A stretch of 32,000 nt of DNA from Candidatus Saccharimonadota bacterium (lineage in GTDB: Bacteria > Pseudomonadota > Gammaproteobacteria > Enterobacterales > Enterobacteriaceae), in assembly GCF_012562765.1 (NCBI RefSeq), contig NZ_CP046226.1, forward strand, positions 150,001 to 182,000. Reading direction: 5' to 3'. A program made the translations under genes and the position numbers. Positions 10,337-18,769 of the stretch are shown one piece after another. The notes under the pieces were generated by a model. It saw only the letters and a list, made by a program, of their open reading frames with translations. It did not search any database and was not told the DNA's origin. Numbering within the stretch: position 1 is the first letter of the stretch; the number at the start of each line of letters is the position of its first letter.

Positions 10337-10810
10337 TTAATTTGCTAAAGAAGCTAATTGTTCTATGATATAACGTAATTTTATAGGACTTTTTTTAGCT
10401 AGGTTAAGTAATAATATAGCACTATTTTTACTTAAAGTATTTTGTTTATAAAAATATTTTTTTTTTAATATTTTATTATTTGTTAATAACATTGGATTAA
10501 TTTTAATATTTATATTTTTTAAAGAAGGAAAAATTTCTTTTTTTAAAAGTAATAAAATATTTGATTTTTCATATAAAAATCTCATCATAGAGCTAGCATT
10601 ATATGTTTCTACAATTAAAATATTATTTTTAAAATTTTTTGCATTATAGCAATTACTTAACTCTATTGGGAAATAATTTTTAATTGTTTGATTAATTTTT
10701 TTTAAAATATTTATATATAATTTTAATTTTATGAATATTCTTGAACAAGAAGGATAATTATATTCATTATAAAATATTTTTTCAATTGATAATAACTTAT
10801 TATTACGCAT
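10337..10810 (-). CDS. conserved-position hypothetical protein; candidate DUF721/DciA-like helicase-loading factor
   Basis: 157-aa ORF with no stop codon in a genome where AT-rich stop triplets are very frequent, so it is probably real coding sequence. It is divergent from secA across 130 bp. That is the slot and orientation a DUF721 gene occupies between lpxC and secA in Pseudomonas/Vibrio-type genomes (from my recollection). The core segment NNILIVETYNASSMMRFLYEKSNILLLLKKEIFPSLKNINIKINP resembles the DUF721 strand-helix-strand pattern. No search was run. Confidence 0.4.
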   Translation of the reverse strand: MRNNKLLSIEKIFYNEYNYPSCSRIFIKLKLYINILKKINQTIKNYFPIELSNCYNAKNFKNNILIVETYNASSMMRFLYEKSNILLLLKKEIFPSLKNINIKINPMLLTNNKILKKKYFYKQNTLSKNSAILLLNLAKKSPIKLRYIIEQLASLAN

Positions 10811-10940
10811 AAAATATTTATCCTTTTAATAAAATTAATTAAAAATAATTATTAATTATAAATTATTTAATAATTTATTTATAATAAATAAATTTAAATT
10901 TCTTACATTATAATTATAAATTTTATTTAAGAGTATATAT

Positions 10941-13673
10941 ATGTTTAAAAATTTTTTATCAAAAATTTTTGGTAGTCATAATGATCATGTTTTACGACGT
11001 ATAAAAAAAATAGTTAATAATATTAATTACTTGGAAAAAAAAATTGAAAAATTAACTGATTTAGAATTAAAAAATAAAACTTTATTTTTTAAAAAAAAAT
11101 TAAAAGAAAATTTTACATTAGAAAATATTTTACCAGAAGCTTTTGCTGTAGTAAGAGAAACAATTAAAAGATTATTTGGTATTAGACTTTTTGATGTTCA
11201 ATTAATAGGAGGAATAGTATTAAATAATAATTGTGTTGCTGAAATGCGTACAGGAGAAGGAAAAACTTTAACTGCAACTTTACCAGCTTATCTTAATGCT
11301 TTAACTGGTAATGGTGTTCATATTGTTACTGTTAATGATTATTTAGCTCAACGTGACGCAGAAAATAATAGATTATTGTTTGAATTTTTAGGATTAAATA
11401 TAGGTATTAATTTATCAGGGATGTCACCTAATGAAAAAAAAATATCTTATTTAGCTGATATTACTTATGGTACAAATAATGAATTTGGATTTGATTTTTT
11501 ACGAGATAATATGGTTTTTAGTTATACAGATAAAGTACAAAGAAATTTATATTTTGCTATAGTAGATGAGGTTGATTCTATTCTTATAGATGAAGCTAGA
11601 ACACCATTAATAATATCTGGACCAACTGAGGATAATTCAAAACTATATAAACAAATAAATAAAATTATTCCAAAATTAATATATCAAGAAAAAGAAGATT
11701 CTGATTCTTTTCAAGGAAAAGGACATTATTTTATAGATGAGAAATCACGACAAGCATATTTAACAGAAAAAGGATTAATTTATATTGAAAAAATTTTAAT
11801 AGAAAACAAAATTATTAAAAAAGAAGAATCATTATATTCTAATTCTAATATTATTATTATGCATCATATTATTGCTGGATTAAGATCTCATAAATTATTT
11901 ATCAAAAATGTTGATTATATTGTAAAAAATAATAAAGTTATTATAGTAGATGAACATACAGGACGTATTATGAAAGGAAGAAGATGGTCAGAAGGATTAC
12001 ATCAAGCAATAGAAGCAAAAGAAAATGTAAAAATTAATAATGAAAATCAGACTTTAGCTTCTATTACATTTCAAAATTATTTTAGATTATATAAAAAATT
12101 ATCAGGAATGACAGGTACAGCTAATACAGAAGCATTTGAATTTAAAGAAATTTATAAATTAGATACTATTATTATTCCTACAAATAAACCAATGATCAGA
12201 AAAGATTTACCTGATGTAATATATATTACAGAAAAAGAAAAAATTAAAGCAATTATAGATGATATAAAAAATAAATATGTTATAGGACAACCAGTATTAG
12301 TTGGTACTATTTCAATTGAAAAATCAGAATTAATTTCTAAAAAATTAACTTTAATAGGTATTAAGCATAATATTTTAAATGCAAAATTACATTCAAAAGA
12401 AGCTGAAATTATATCTCAAGCAGGTAAAAAATATGCTGTAACTATTGCCACAAATATGGCAGGAAGAGGAACTGATATTGTTTTAGGAGGAAATATTCAA
12501 TTTAAATTAAATAATAAATTAAATAAAGATCAAATAAAAAACATAAAATTATCTTGGTTAAAAGAACATAATGAAGTTTTATCTTTAGGAGGATTATATG
12601 TTATTGGTACTGAACGTCATGAATCTAGAAGAATTGATAATCAGTTAAGAGGTCGTTCAGGACGTCAAGGTGATTATGGTTCTTCAAGATTTTATTTATC
12701 TATGGAAGATTCTTTAATGCGTATTTTTGCTTCAAATAAAATATCAAAAATAATGCATAAATTTGGTATAAAAAAAAATGAATCTATTGAACATCCATGG
12801 ATAACTAAAGCTATAGCTAGAGCACAAGAAAAAGTAGAAAATTATAATTTTGATATAAGAAAACAATTATTAGAATATGATGATGTAATCAATGACCAAC
12901 GTTTAGCTATATATACACAAAGAAATAAATTATTACAAACTAAAAATATTAGTACAATTATAAAACAATTTCGAAAAGATGTATTTCATAAAATTATAGA
13001 TAAATATATAAAATCTAATTTATTTTTAGAAGATGAATGGGATTTAATAAAATTAAATAATTATTTTACAAAAAAATTTAATTTACATTTACCTATTAAT
13101 AAATTTTTAAAAAATTCTAAAAATAACAAATATATTATTAGTAAAAATTATTTTTTTGAAAAAATAATTAATTTTTCTGAACAAGAATATAATAAAAAAG
13201 AAAATATATTAGGTAATGATATTATTCGTAATTTTGAAAAAAATATAATGCTTCAATTATTAGATAGTTTATGGAAAGAGCACTTATCTGCTATAGATTA
13301 TTTAAGAGAAGGAATTCATTTAAGAGGATATGCACAAAAAGATCCTAAACAAGAATATAAAATTGAATCTTTTAATATGTTTAGTTTAATGTTAGATTCT
13401 TTAAAAGAAGAAATTATTACTATTTTAAGTAAAATTTCAATAGAATTACCAGAAAAAAATATTTTTAATTCATCAATAAAATTACAAAATTTTAGAAATA
13501 AAAATAATGAAAAAATTATAAATAATTTAAGTCTTTCTCAAAAAGATCATAATTATTTTATAAATAAAAAAAAAAGTAATATTAATATTTATTCATTAAA
13601 TAAGATAGGAAGAAATGATTTATGTCCTTGTTCTTCTGGAAAAAAATATAAATTTTGTCATGGTAATAACTAA
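10941..13673 (+). CDS. secA: preprotein translocase ATPase SecA
   Basis: 910 aa. [14 protein letters not shown] (Walker A), [43 protein letters not shown], and the C-terminal zinc motif [14 protein letters not shown]. No secM-like leader ORF is present upstream. Confidence 0.97.
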   Translation: MFKNFLSKIFGSHNDHVLRRIKKIVNNINYLEKKIEKLTDLELKNKTLFFKKKLKENFTLENILPEAFAVVRETIKRLFGIRLFDVQLIGGIVLNNNCVAEMRTGEGKTLTATLPAYLNALTGNGVHIVTVNDYLAQRDAENNRLLFEFLGLNIGINLSGMSPNEKKISYLADITYGTNNEFGFDFLRDNMVFSYTDKVQRNLYFAIVDEVDSILIDEARTPLIISGPTEDNSKLYKQINKIIPKLIYQEKEDSDSFQGKGHYFIDEKSRQAYLTEKGLIYIEKILIENKIIKKEESLYSNSNIIIMHHIIAGLRSHKLFIKNVDYIVKNNKVIIVDEHTGRIMKGRRWSEGLHQAIEAKENVKINNENQTLASITFQNYFRLYKKLSGMTGTANTEAFEFKEIYKLDTIIIPTNKPMIRKDLPDVIYITEKEKIKAIIDDIKNKYVIGQPVLVGTISIEKSELISKKLTLIGIKHNILNAKLHSKEAEIISQAGKKYAVTIATNMAGRGTDIVLGGNIQFKLNNKLNKDQIKNIKLSWLKEHNEVLSLGGLYVIGTERHESRRIDNQLRGRSGRQGDYGSSRFYLSMEDSLMRIFASNKISKIMHKFGIKKNESIEHPWITKAIARAQEKVENYNFDIRKQLLEYDDVINDQRLAIYTQRNKLLQTKNISTIIKQFRKDVFHKIIDKYIKSNLFLEDEWDLIKLNNYFTKKFNLHLPINKFLKNSKNNKYIISKNYFFEKIINFSEQEYNKKENILGNDIIRNFEKNIMLQLLDSLWKEHLSAIDYLREGIHLRGYAQKDPKQEYKIESFNMFSLMLDSLKEEIITILSKISIELPEKNIFNSSIKLQNFRNKNNEKIINNLSLSQKDHNYFINKKKSNINIYSLNKIGRNDLCPCSSGKKYKFCHGNN

Positions 13674-13687
13674 TTAATTTTTTATAT

Positions 13688-13734
13688 TACAATAGAGGAT
13701 ATAAAAAAATAAAAAATTTATACCCTCTATTGTA
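13688..13734. terminator. hairpin between convergent secA and dnaJ (putative bidirectional terminator)
   Basis: tacaatagagg(a)tataaa ... tttata(c)cctctattgta gives 11 bp + 6 bp of stem with one mismatch and an 11-nt A-rich loop. It contains the only G/C cluster in this spacer. On the + strand it is followed by TTAATTTTTT. It abuts the dnaJ stop codon at 13735. Confidence 0.55.
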
Positions 13735-14841
13735 TTAATTTTTTAAATTATCAAAAAAAAGTTTTATATTATTTAAAAATTTTTTATATTTAGGAGTATT
13801 TTTATAACTATCTACTTTAATAAAAGTTTTTCCTAAATTATACAATATTATTTTTTGTTTATCATTTAAATTTACTGGAGTTTCTACAATAACTTTACAT
13901 AATAAATCTCCAATAATATTATCTCTTATTGATTTAATACCTTTATTACGTAATCTAAATATTTTTCCTGTTTGAGTTTCTGGAGGAATTTTAATTTTTA
14001 TAAATCCATTAAATGTTGGAATATCTAAATTACCACCTAATGCTGCTATAGAAAAATTAATAGGTAATTCACAAAATAAATTGTTTTCTTCTCTTATAAA
14101 GAGAGGATGTTTTTTTATTCTAATTTCTATATATAAATCTCCTGATGGAGCACCATTATTTCCTAAATCTCCTTCTCCATTTAATTTAATTCGATCTCCA
14201 GTATTAATTCCTGACGGAATTTTTATAGATAATATTTTATATTTTTCTACTTTTCCTTTTCCTTTACAAATAAAACATAAATTTTTTATTAAAGAACCTC
14301 TACCGTGACAATTAGGACAAGTTTGTTGTACAGTAAAAAAACCTTGTCTCATTTGTATTTGTCCATGACCATTACAAGTATAACAATTTTGAAGAGATCC
14401 TTGTGATCCAGTACCTTTACAATTAATACAGGTTTTTAAAAATGGAATTTTAATTTCTTTTGTTACTCCTTTTACAGCTTCTTCTAAAGAAATATTAATA
14501 GCATATTTTAAATCATTTCCTCTATTAGATTTATGACTTCGTGTTCCTCCAAAAATATCTCCAAAAACATCTCCAAAAATATCACTAAAATCAGTTGCAT
14601 TATTTATATTATCTTGTTCAAAAGCAGAATGTCCATATTGATCATAAGCAGATCTTTTTTGTTTATTACTTAAAATTTCGTAAGCTTGTTTAATTTCTTT
14701 AAATTTATTTTCAGCTTTTTTATTTCCTAGATTACGATCTGGATGAAATTTTATAGCTAAACGTTTATATGCTTTTTTAATTTCACTATCTTTTGCATTT
14801 CTAGTAATACCTAAAATTTCATAATAATCTTTTTCTGACAT
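13735..14841 (-). CDS. dnaJ: molecular chaperone DnaJ (Hsp40)
   Basis: 368 aa. J-domain DYYEILGI...[16 protein letters not shown]; G/F region [13 protein letters not shown]; four CxxCxGxG zinc-finger repeats ([32 protein letters not shown]). Lies downstream of dnaK. Confidence 0.96.
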   Translation of the reverse strand: MSEKDYYEILGITRNAKDSEIKKAYKRLAIKFHPDRNLGNKKAENKFKEIKQAYEILSNKQKRSAYDQYGHSAFEQDNINNATDFSDIFGDVFGDIFGGTRSHKSNRGNDLKYAINISLEEAVKGVTKEIKIPFLKTCINCKGTGSQGSLQNCYTCNGHGQIQMRQGFFTVQQTCPNCHGRGSLIKNLCFICKGKGKVEKYKILSIKIPSGINTGDRIKLNGEGDLGNNGAPSGDLYIEIRIKKHPLFIREENNLFCELPINFSIAALGGNLDIPTFNGFIKIKIPPETQTGKIFRLRNKGIKSIRDNIIGDLLCKVIVETPVNLNDKQKIILYNLGKTFIKVDSYKNTPKYKKFLNNIKLFFDNLKN

Positions 14842-14979
14842 AATATATTACTACCTTTCCTAATCCTATAATTTTAATACCGATTTCTATATTGATAAAT
14901 TTTATTTATAATATATAAACGGTATTAATATAATTTTTATATTCAATTAGTGAAAATAATTTAATGATTGAGGAGGCAA

Positions 14980-16899
14980 TTATTTTTTATTATCTTTGAC
15001 TTCTTCAAATTCAGCATCTACAACATTATTATCTTTATTTTTAGATTTATTATTATTCATATCATTATTTGTTTTTTGCTGATTATTATTTTCCATTAAA
15101 TTTGAAATTTTACTAGATGCTTGAAGTAATAATTGCATTTTTTTTTGAATATCATTTTTATCTTCTGTTTTCAATGATATATTAAGTTGATTTATTGCAT
15201 TTTCAATAAATTCTTTATCTTCTTTAGTAATTTTATCACCTACTTCTTCCATTTTTTTCTTTGTACTATGAATAAGTTGATCAGATTCATTACGTATTTT
15301 AATTAATTCTTCAAAACGAATATCTAATTCAGCATTAGATTCTGCATCTCTTATCATTTTTTCTACTTCTTTTTCATTAAGACCTGATGATGCTTTTATT
15401 ATAATTTTTTGTTCTTTACCACTTTTTTTATCTTTTGCAGAAACATGTAATATTCCGTCAGCGTCTATATCAAAAGTAACTTCTATTTGTGGAATACCAC
15501 GAGGTGCAGGACTAATTCCATCTAAATTAAACTGTCCTAGAGACTTATTATCACTTGCTCTTTTACGTTCTCCTTGAACTACATGAATAGTTACAGCAGA
15601 TTGATTATCTTCAGCAGTTGAAAAAACTTGACTATGTTTTGTAGGAATAGTAGTATTTTTATTAATTAAAGTAGTCATAATACCACCGACAGTTTCTATT
15701 CCTAATGATAAAGGTGTGACGTCTAATAATAATACATCTTTTACATCACCAGCCAATACCCCACCTTGAACAGCAGCACCTATTGCAACTGCTTCATCTG
15801 GATTAACATCTTTTCTAGGTTCTTTTCCAAAAAAATCAGCAACTTTTTTTTGAACCATTGGCATTCTTGTTTGTCCACCCACTAAAATTACATCATTAAT
15901 ATCAGATATAGATAAATGTGCATCTTTTAAAGCTATTTTTAATGGATTTATGGATTTATCTATTAAATCTTCAACTAAAGATTCTAATTTAGCTCTTGTT
16001 ACTTTGATATTTAGATGTTTAGGACCTAAAGAATCTGCAGTAATATAAGGTAAATTTACATCTGTTTGTTGTGTTGATGACAACTCGATTTTTGCTTTTT
16101 CTGCAGTTTCTTTTAAACGTTGCATTGCTAATGGATCATTAGTCAAATCAATTCTTTGATCTTTTTTAAATTCTGATACTAAATAATTAATTAAACGACT
16201 ATCAAAATCTTCACCACCTAAATGAGTATCACCATTTGTTGATAATACTTCAAAAGTTTTTTCACCATCAACTTCATCTATTTCAATAATAGAGATATCA
16301 AATGTTCCACCTCCTAAATCATATACAGCTATAGTTTGATTTCCTTTTCCTTTATCTAATCCATAAGCTAAGGCTGCTGCAGTTGGTTCATTTATAATAC
16401 GTTTTACTTCTAATCCAGCTATACGTCCTGCATCTTTTGTAGCTTGTCTTTGAGCATCATTAAAATAAGCAGGAACTGTAATTACAGCTTCACTGACTTT
16501 AGTTCCTAAGAAATCTTCTGCTGTTTTTTTCATTTTTTTTAATACTTCAGCAGAAATTTGTGGTGGTGCTATTTTTTTTCCTTTAACATATAACCATGCA
16601 TCACCGTTATTTGATTCAACAATTTTATAAGGCATAATTTTTATATCACGTTGTACTTCTTCATCTTGAAAACGACGTCCAATAAGTCTTTTAATTGCAA
16701 AAAGAGTATTTTGCGGATTCGTAATAGCTTGACGTTTAGCTGGTTGACCTACTAGAATTTCACCATCTTTAGTATAAGCAATAACAGATGGTGTAGTTCT
16801 ATCACCTTCTGCATTTTCTAATACACGAGCTTTATTACCATCTATTATTGCAACACAAGAATTAGTTGTACCTAAATCAATACCAATTATTTTACTCAT
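14980..16899 (-). CDS. dnaK: molecular chaperone DnaK (Hsp70)
   Basis: 639 aa, very highly similar to E. coli DnaK along its whole length ([41 protein letters not shown], and the C-terminal [11 protein letters not shown]). GAGGA RBS 8 nt before the ATG. Visibly less AT-rich than its neighbours. Confidence 0.98.
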   Translation of the reverse strand: MSKIIGIDLGTTNSCVAIIDGNKARVLENAEGDRTTPSVIAYTKDGEILVGQPAKRQAITNPQNTLFAIKRLIGRRFQDEEVQRDIKIMPYKIVESNNGDAWLYVKGKKIAPPQISAEVLKKMKKTAEDFLGTKVSEAVITVPAYFNDAQRQATKDAGRIAGLEVKRIINEPTAAALAYGLDKGKGNQTIAVYDLGGGTFDISIIEIDEVDGEKTFEVLSTNGDTHLGGEDFDSRLINYLVSEFKKDQRIDLTNDPLAMQRLKETAEKAKIELSSTQQTDVNLPYITADSLGPKHLNIKVTRAKLESLVEDLIDKSINPLKIALKDAHLSISDINDVILVGGQTRMPMVQKKVADFFGKEPRKDVNPDEAVAIGAAVQGGVLAGDVKDVLLLDVTPLSLGIETVGGIMTTLINKNTTIPTKHSQVFSTAEDNQSAVTIHVVQGERKRASDNKSLGQFNLDGISPAPRGIPQIEVTFDIDADGILHVSAKDKKSGKEQKIIIKASSGLNEKEVEKMIRDAESNAELDIRFEELIKIRNESDQLIHSTKKKMEEVGDKITKEDKEFIENAINQLNISLKTEDKNDIQKKMQLLLQASSKISNLMENNNQQKTNNDMNNNKSKNKDNNVVDAEFEEVKDNKK

Positions 16900-17006
16900 C
16901 TAAAAGGTCCTCAACTTAAATTTTCATTAAATTATCTAAATAATTTAATAAATAAAATATTTTAAAATATTCACATTTTTGAAAATGATAGTCCTTGATG
17001 AAAAGA

Positions 17007-17035
17007 AAATGGGGACTCATATTAAAGCATCAAGG
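17007..17035 (-). promoter_or_regulatory. sigma-32 (RpoH) heat-shock promoter of dnaK-dnaJ
   Basis: The minus strand reads CCTTGATG-CTTTAATATGAGT-CCCCATTTT. This has the same box sequences and the same 13-nt spacing as I recall for E. coli dnaK P1 (CCCTTGATG-N13-CCCCATTTA) and the sigma-32 consensus CTTGAA-N13-15-CCCCATnT. It is a G/C island in otherwise G/C-free spacer, about 100 nt upstream of the dnaK ATG. Confidence 0.75.
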
Positions 17036-17230
17036 TCTAAATGTAAAAATTTTTTTAATTTTATATTATATAAGTATTAATTTTAATTTATAATATAAAA
17101 ATATTTGAAAAAATATTCATATTATTTAAAAATAATTTTAAAAATAATATTTAAACAAATGTTTTAACCAACTTATATTACATGTATAATATAAGTTAAT
17201 TTCTTTCTGTAATACATTTAGAGGATAGAA

Positions 17231-18733
17231 ATGAAATATCTAATGGAAAAAATAAATTTTACAAAAAAATATAAATCAGAATGTATAGTAATTGGAATAT
17301 TTGAGAAATATCAACTTTCTTATATTGCTGATATTATTAATAAAATATCTAATAATTATATATTAAATATTTTAAAAAAAAATAATTTTAAAGGAAAAAT
17401 TAATCAAATATTGATGTTATATGAAGTACCTAACATTTTAATAAAAAAAGTATTAATTATTGGTTGCGGTATTAAAGAAAAATTTAATAGAGAAAATAAT
17501 AAAATAATTATTAAAAAAATAATTAATAAATTAAAAAAAATTGAAATAAAAGATGTTCTCTGGTGTTTAACAGATTTAATAATTAAAAATGTTGATTTAT
17601 ATTGGAATATAAGAGATACAATAAATATTATTGAAGATAAACTTTATATTTTTAATAAATTTAAAAAAATAAAAAAACATAAATTATCTCTTATTAAATT
17701 TAACATAAATGATAATAATATTGAAGTTTATAAAAAAGCAATTACACATGCTACAGCAATTAAAATTGGTATTATAACAACTAAGAATCTTGCAAATTTA
17801 CCTCCTAATATATGTAATCCTAAATATTTATCTTTAGAAACATATAAATTAGCTGAAAAGTATTCAAAAAATATTTCAGTAAAAATTATTAATGAAATAG
17901 AAATGAAAAATTTAGGTATGAATGCTTATTTAGCTGTGGGTAATGGTTCTAAAAATGAATCTATGATGTCTATTATTAAATATGATAATTTATTTGATCA
18001 TAGTCAGCCTATAGTTTTAATAGGAAAAGGTTTAACTTTTGATTCAGGAGGAATATCTTTAAAACCTAGTTTAAATATGGATGAAATGAAATATGATATG
18101 TGTGGTGCAGCATGTATATATGGAGTAATGAATGTTATATCTGAATTAAAATTACCCCTTAAAGTTATTGGTATTATTGCAGGGTCTGAAAATATGCCTG
18201 ATAGTAATTCATTTCGTCCTGGTGATATTATTAAAACAATGTCAGGAAAAACAGTAGAAATAATAAATACGGATGCGGAAGGAAGATTAGTTTTATGTGA
18301 TGTATTAACATATGTAAATAAATTTAATCCTTCTATCGTTATAGATATTGCTACATTAACAGGAGCTTGTGTAGTTGCTTTAGGAAATAATATTAGTGGA
18401 CTTATGTCTAATAATATAAAATTATCACAAAATATAATAAAAGCATCATTAGATGTAGATGATCGAGTTTGGGAATTACCTATTAATGATAAAAATTATT
18501 ATAATCAATTACAATCAGATATTGCTGATATAAGAAATACTGGAAATTCTAACGCTGGAGGAGCTATTACAGCAGCATGTTTTTTATCAAAATTTACTAA
18601 AAAATATAAATGGGCTCATATCGATATTGCAGGAACAGCATGGAATTATAGTAAAAATAATAAATCTTTTGCTTCTGGTAGACCTGTTAATTTATTATGT
18701 CAATTTTTATTGAATTATTCATATAATAATTAA
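17231..18733 (+). CDS. pepA: leucyl (cytosol) aminopeptidase PepA
   Basis: 500 aa. VLIGKGLTFDSGGISLKP, MKYDMCGAA, NTDAEGRLVLCD (M17 metal and active-site motifs). GAGGA RBS 5 nt upstream of the ATG. Confidence 0.95.
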   Translation: MKYLMEKINFTKKYKSECIVIGIFEKYQLSYIADIINKISNNYILNILKKNNFKGKINQILMLYEVPNILIKKVLIIGCGIKEKFNRENNKIIIKKIINKLKKIEIKDVLWCLTDLIIKNVDLYWNIRDTINIIEDKLYIFNKFKKIKKHKLSLIKFNINDNNIEVYKKAITHATAIKIGIITTKNLANLPPNICNPKYLSLETYKLAEKYSKNISVKIINEIEMKNLGMNAYLAVGNGSKNESMMSIIKYDNLFDHSQPIVLIGKGLTFDSGGISLKPSLNMDEMKYDMCGAACIYGVMNVISELKLPLKVIGIIAGSENMPDSNSFRPGDIIKTMSGKTVEIINTDAEGRLVLCDVLTYVNKFNPSIVIDIATLTGACVVALGNNISGLMSNNIKLSQNIIKASLDVDDRVWELPINDKNYYNQLQSDIADIRNTGNSNAGGAITAACFLSKFTKKYKWAHIDIAGTAWNYSKNNKSFASGRPVNLLCQFLLNYSYNN

Positions 18734-18769
18734 TTATAAATAATTTTAAATATAGGATATTATTTCATA

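Noticed and set aside
14081-14308. 75-aa ORF on the + strand
   Set aside because: It lies entirely antisense to the conserved zinc-finger and C-terminal region of dnaJ. Its sequence is low-complexity with no recognisable motif, so it is most likely a shadow ORF.
14980-16899. dnaK is visibly more G/C-rich than its surroundings, considered as possible horizontal transfer
   Set aside because: The protein is collinear with and very close to the enterobacterial orthologue, and it sits in the native dnaK-dnaJ operon with its native promoter. The composition difference fits strong purifying selection on a highly expressed chaperone.
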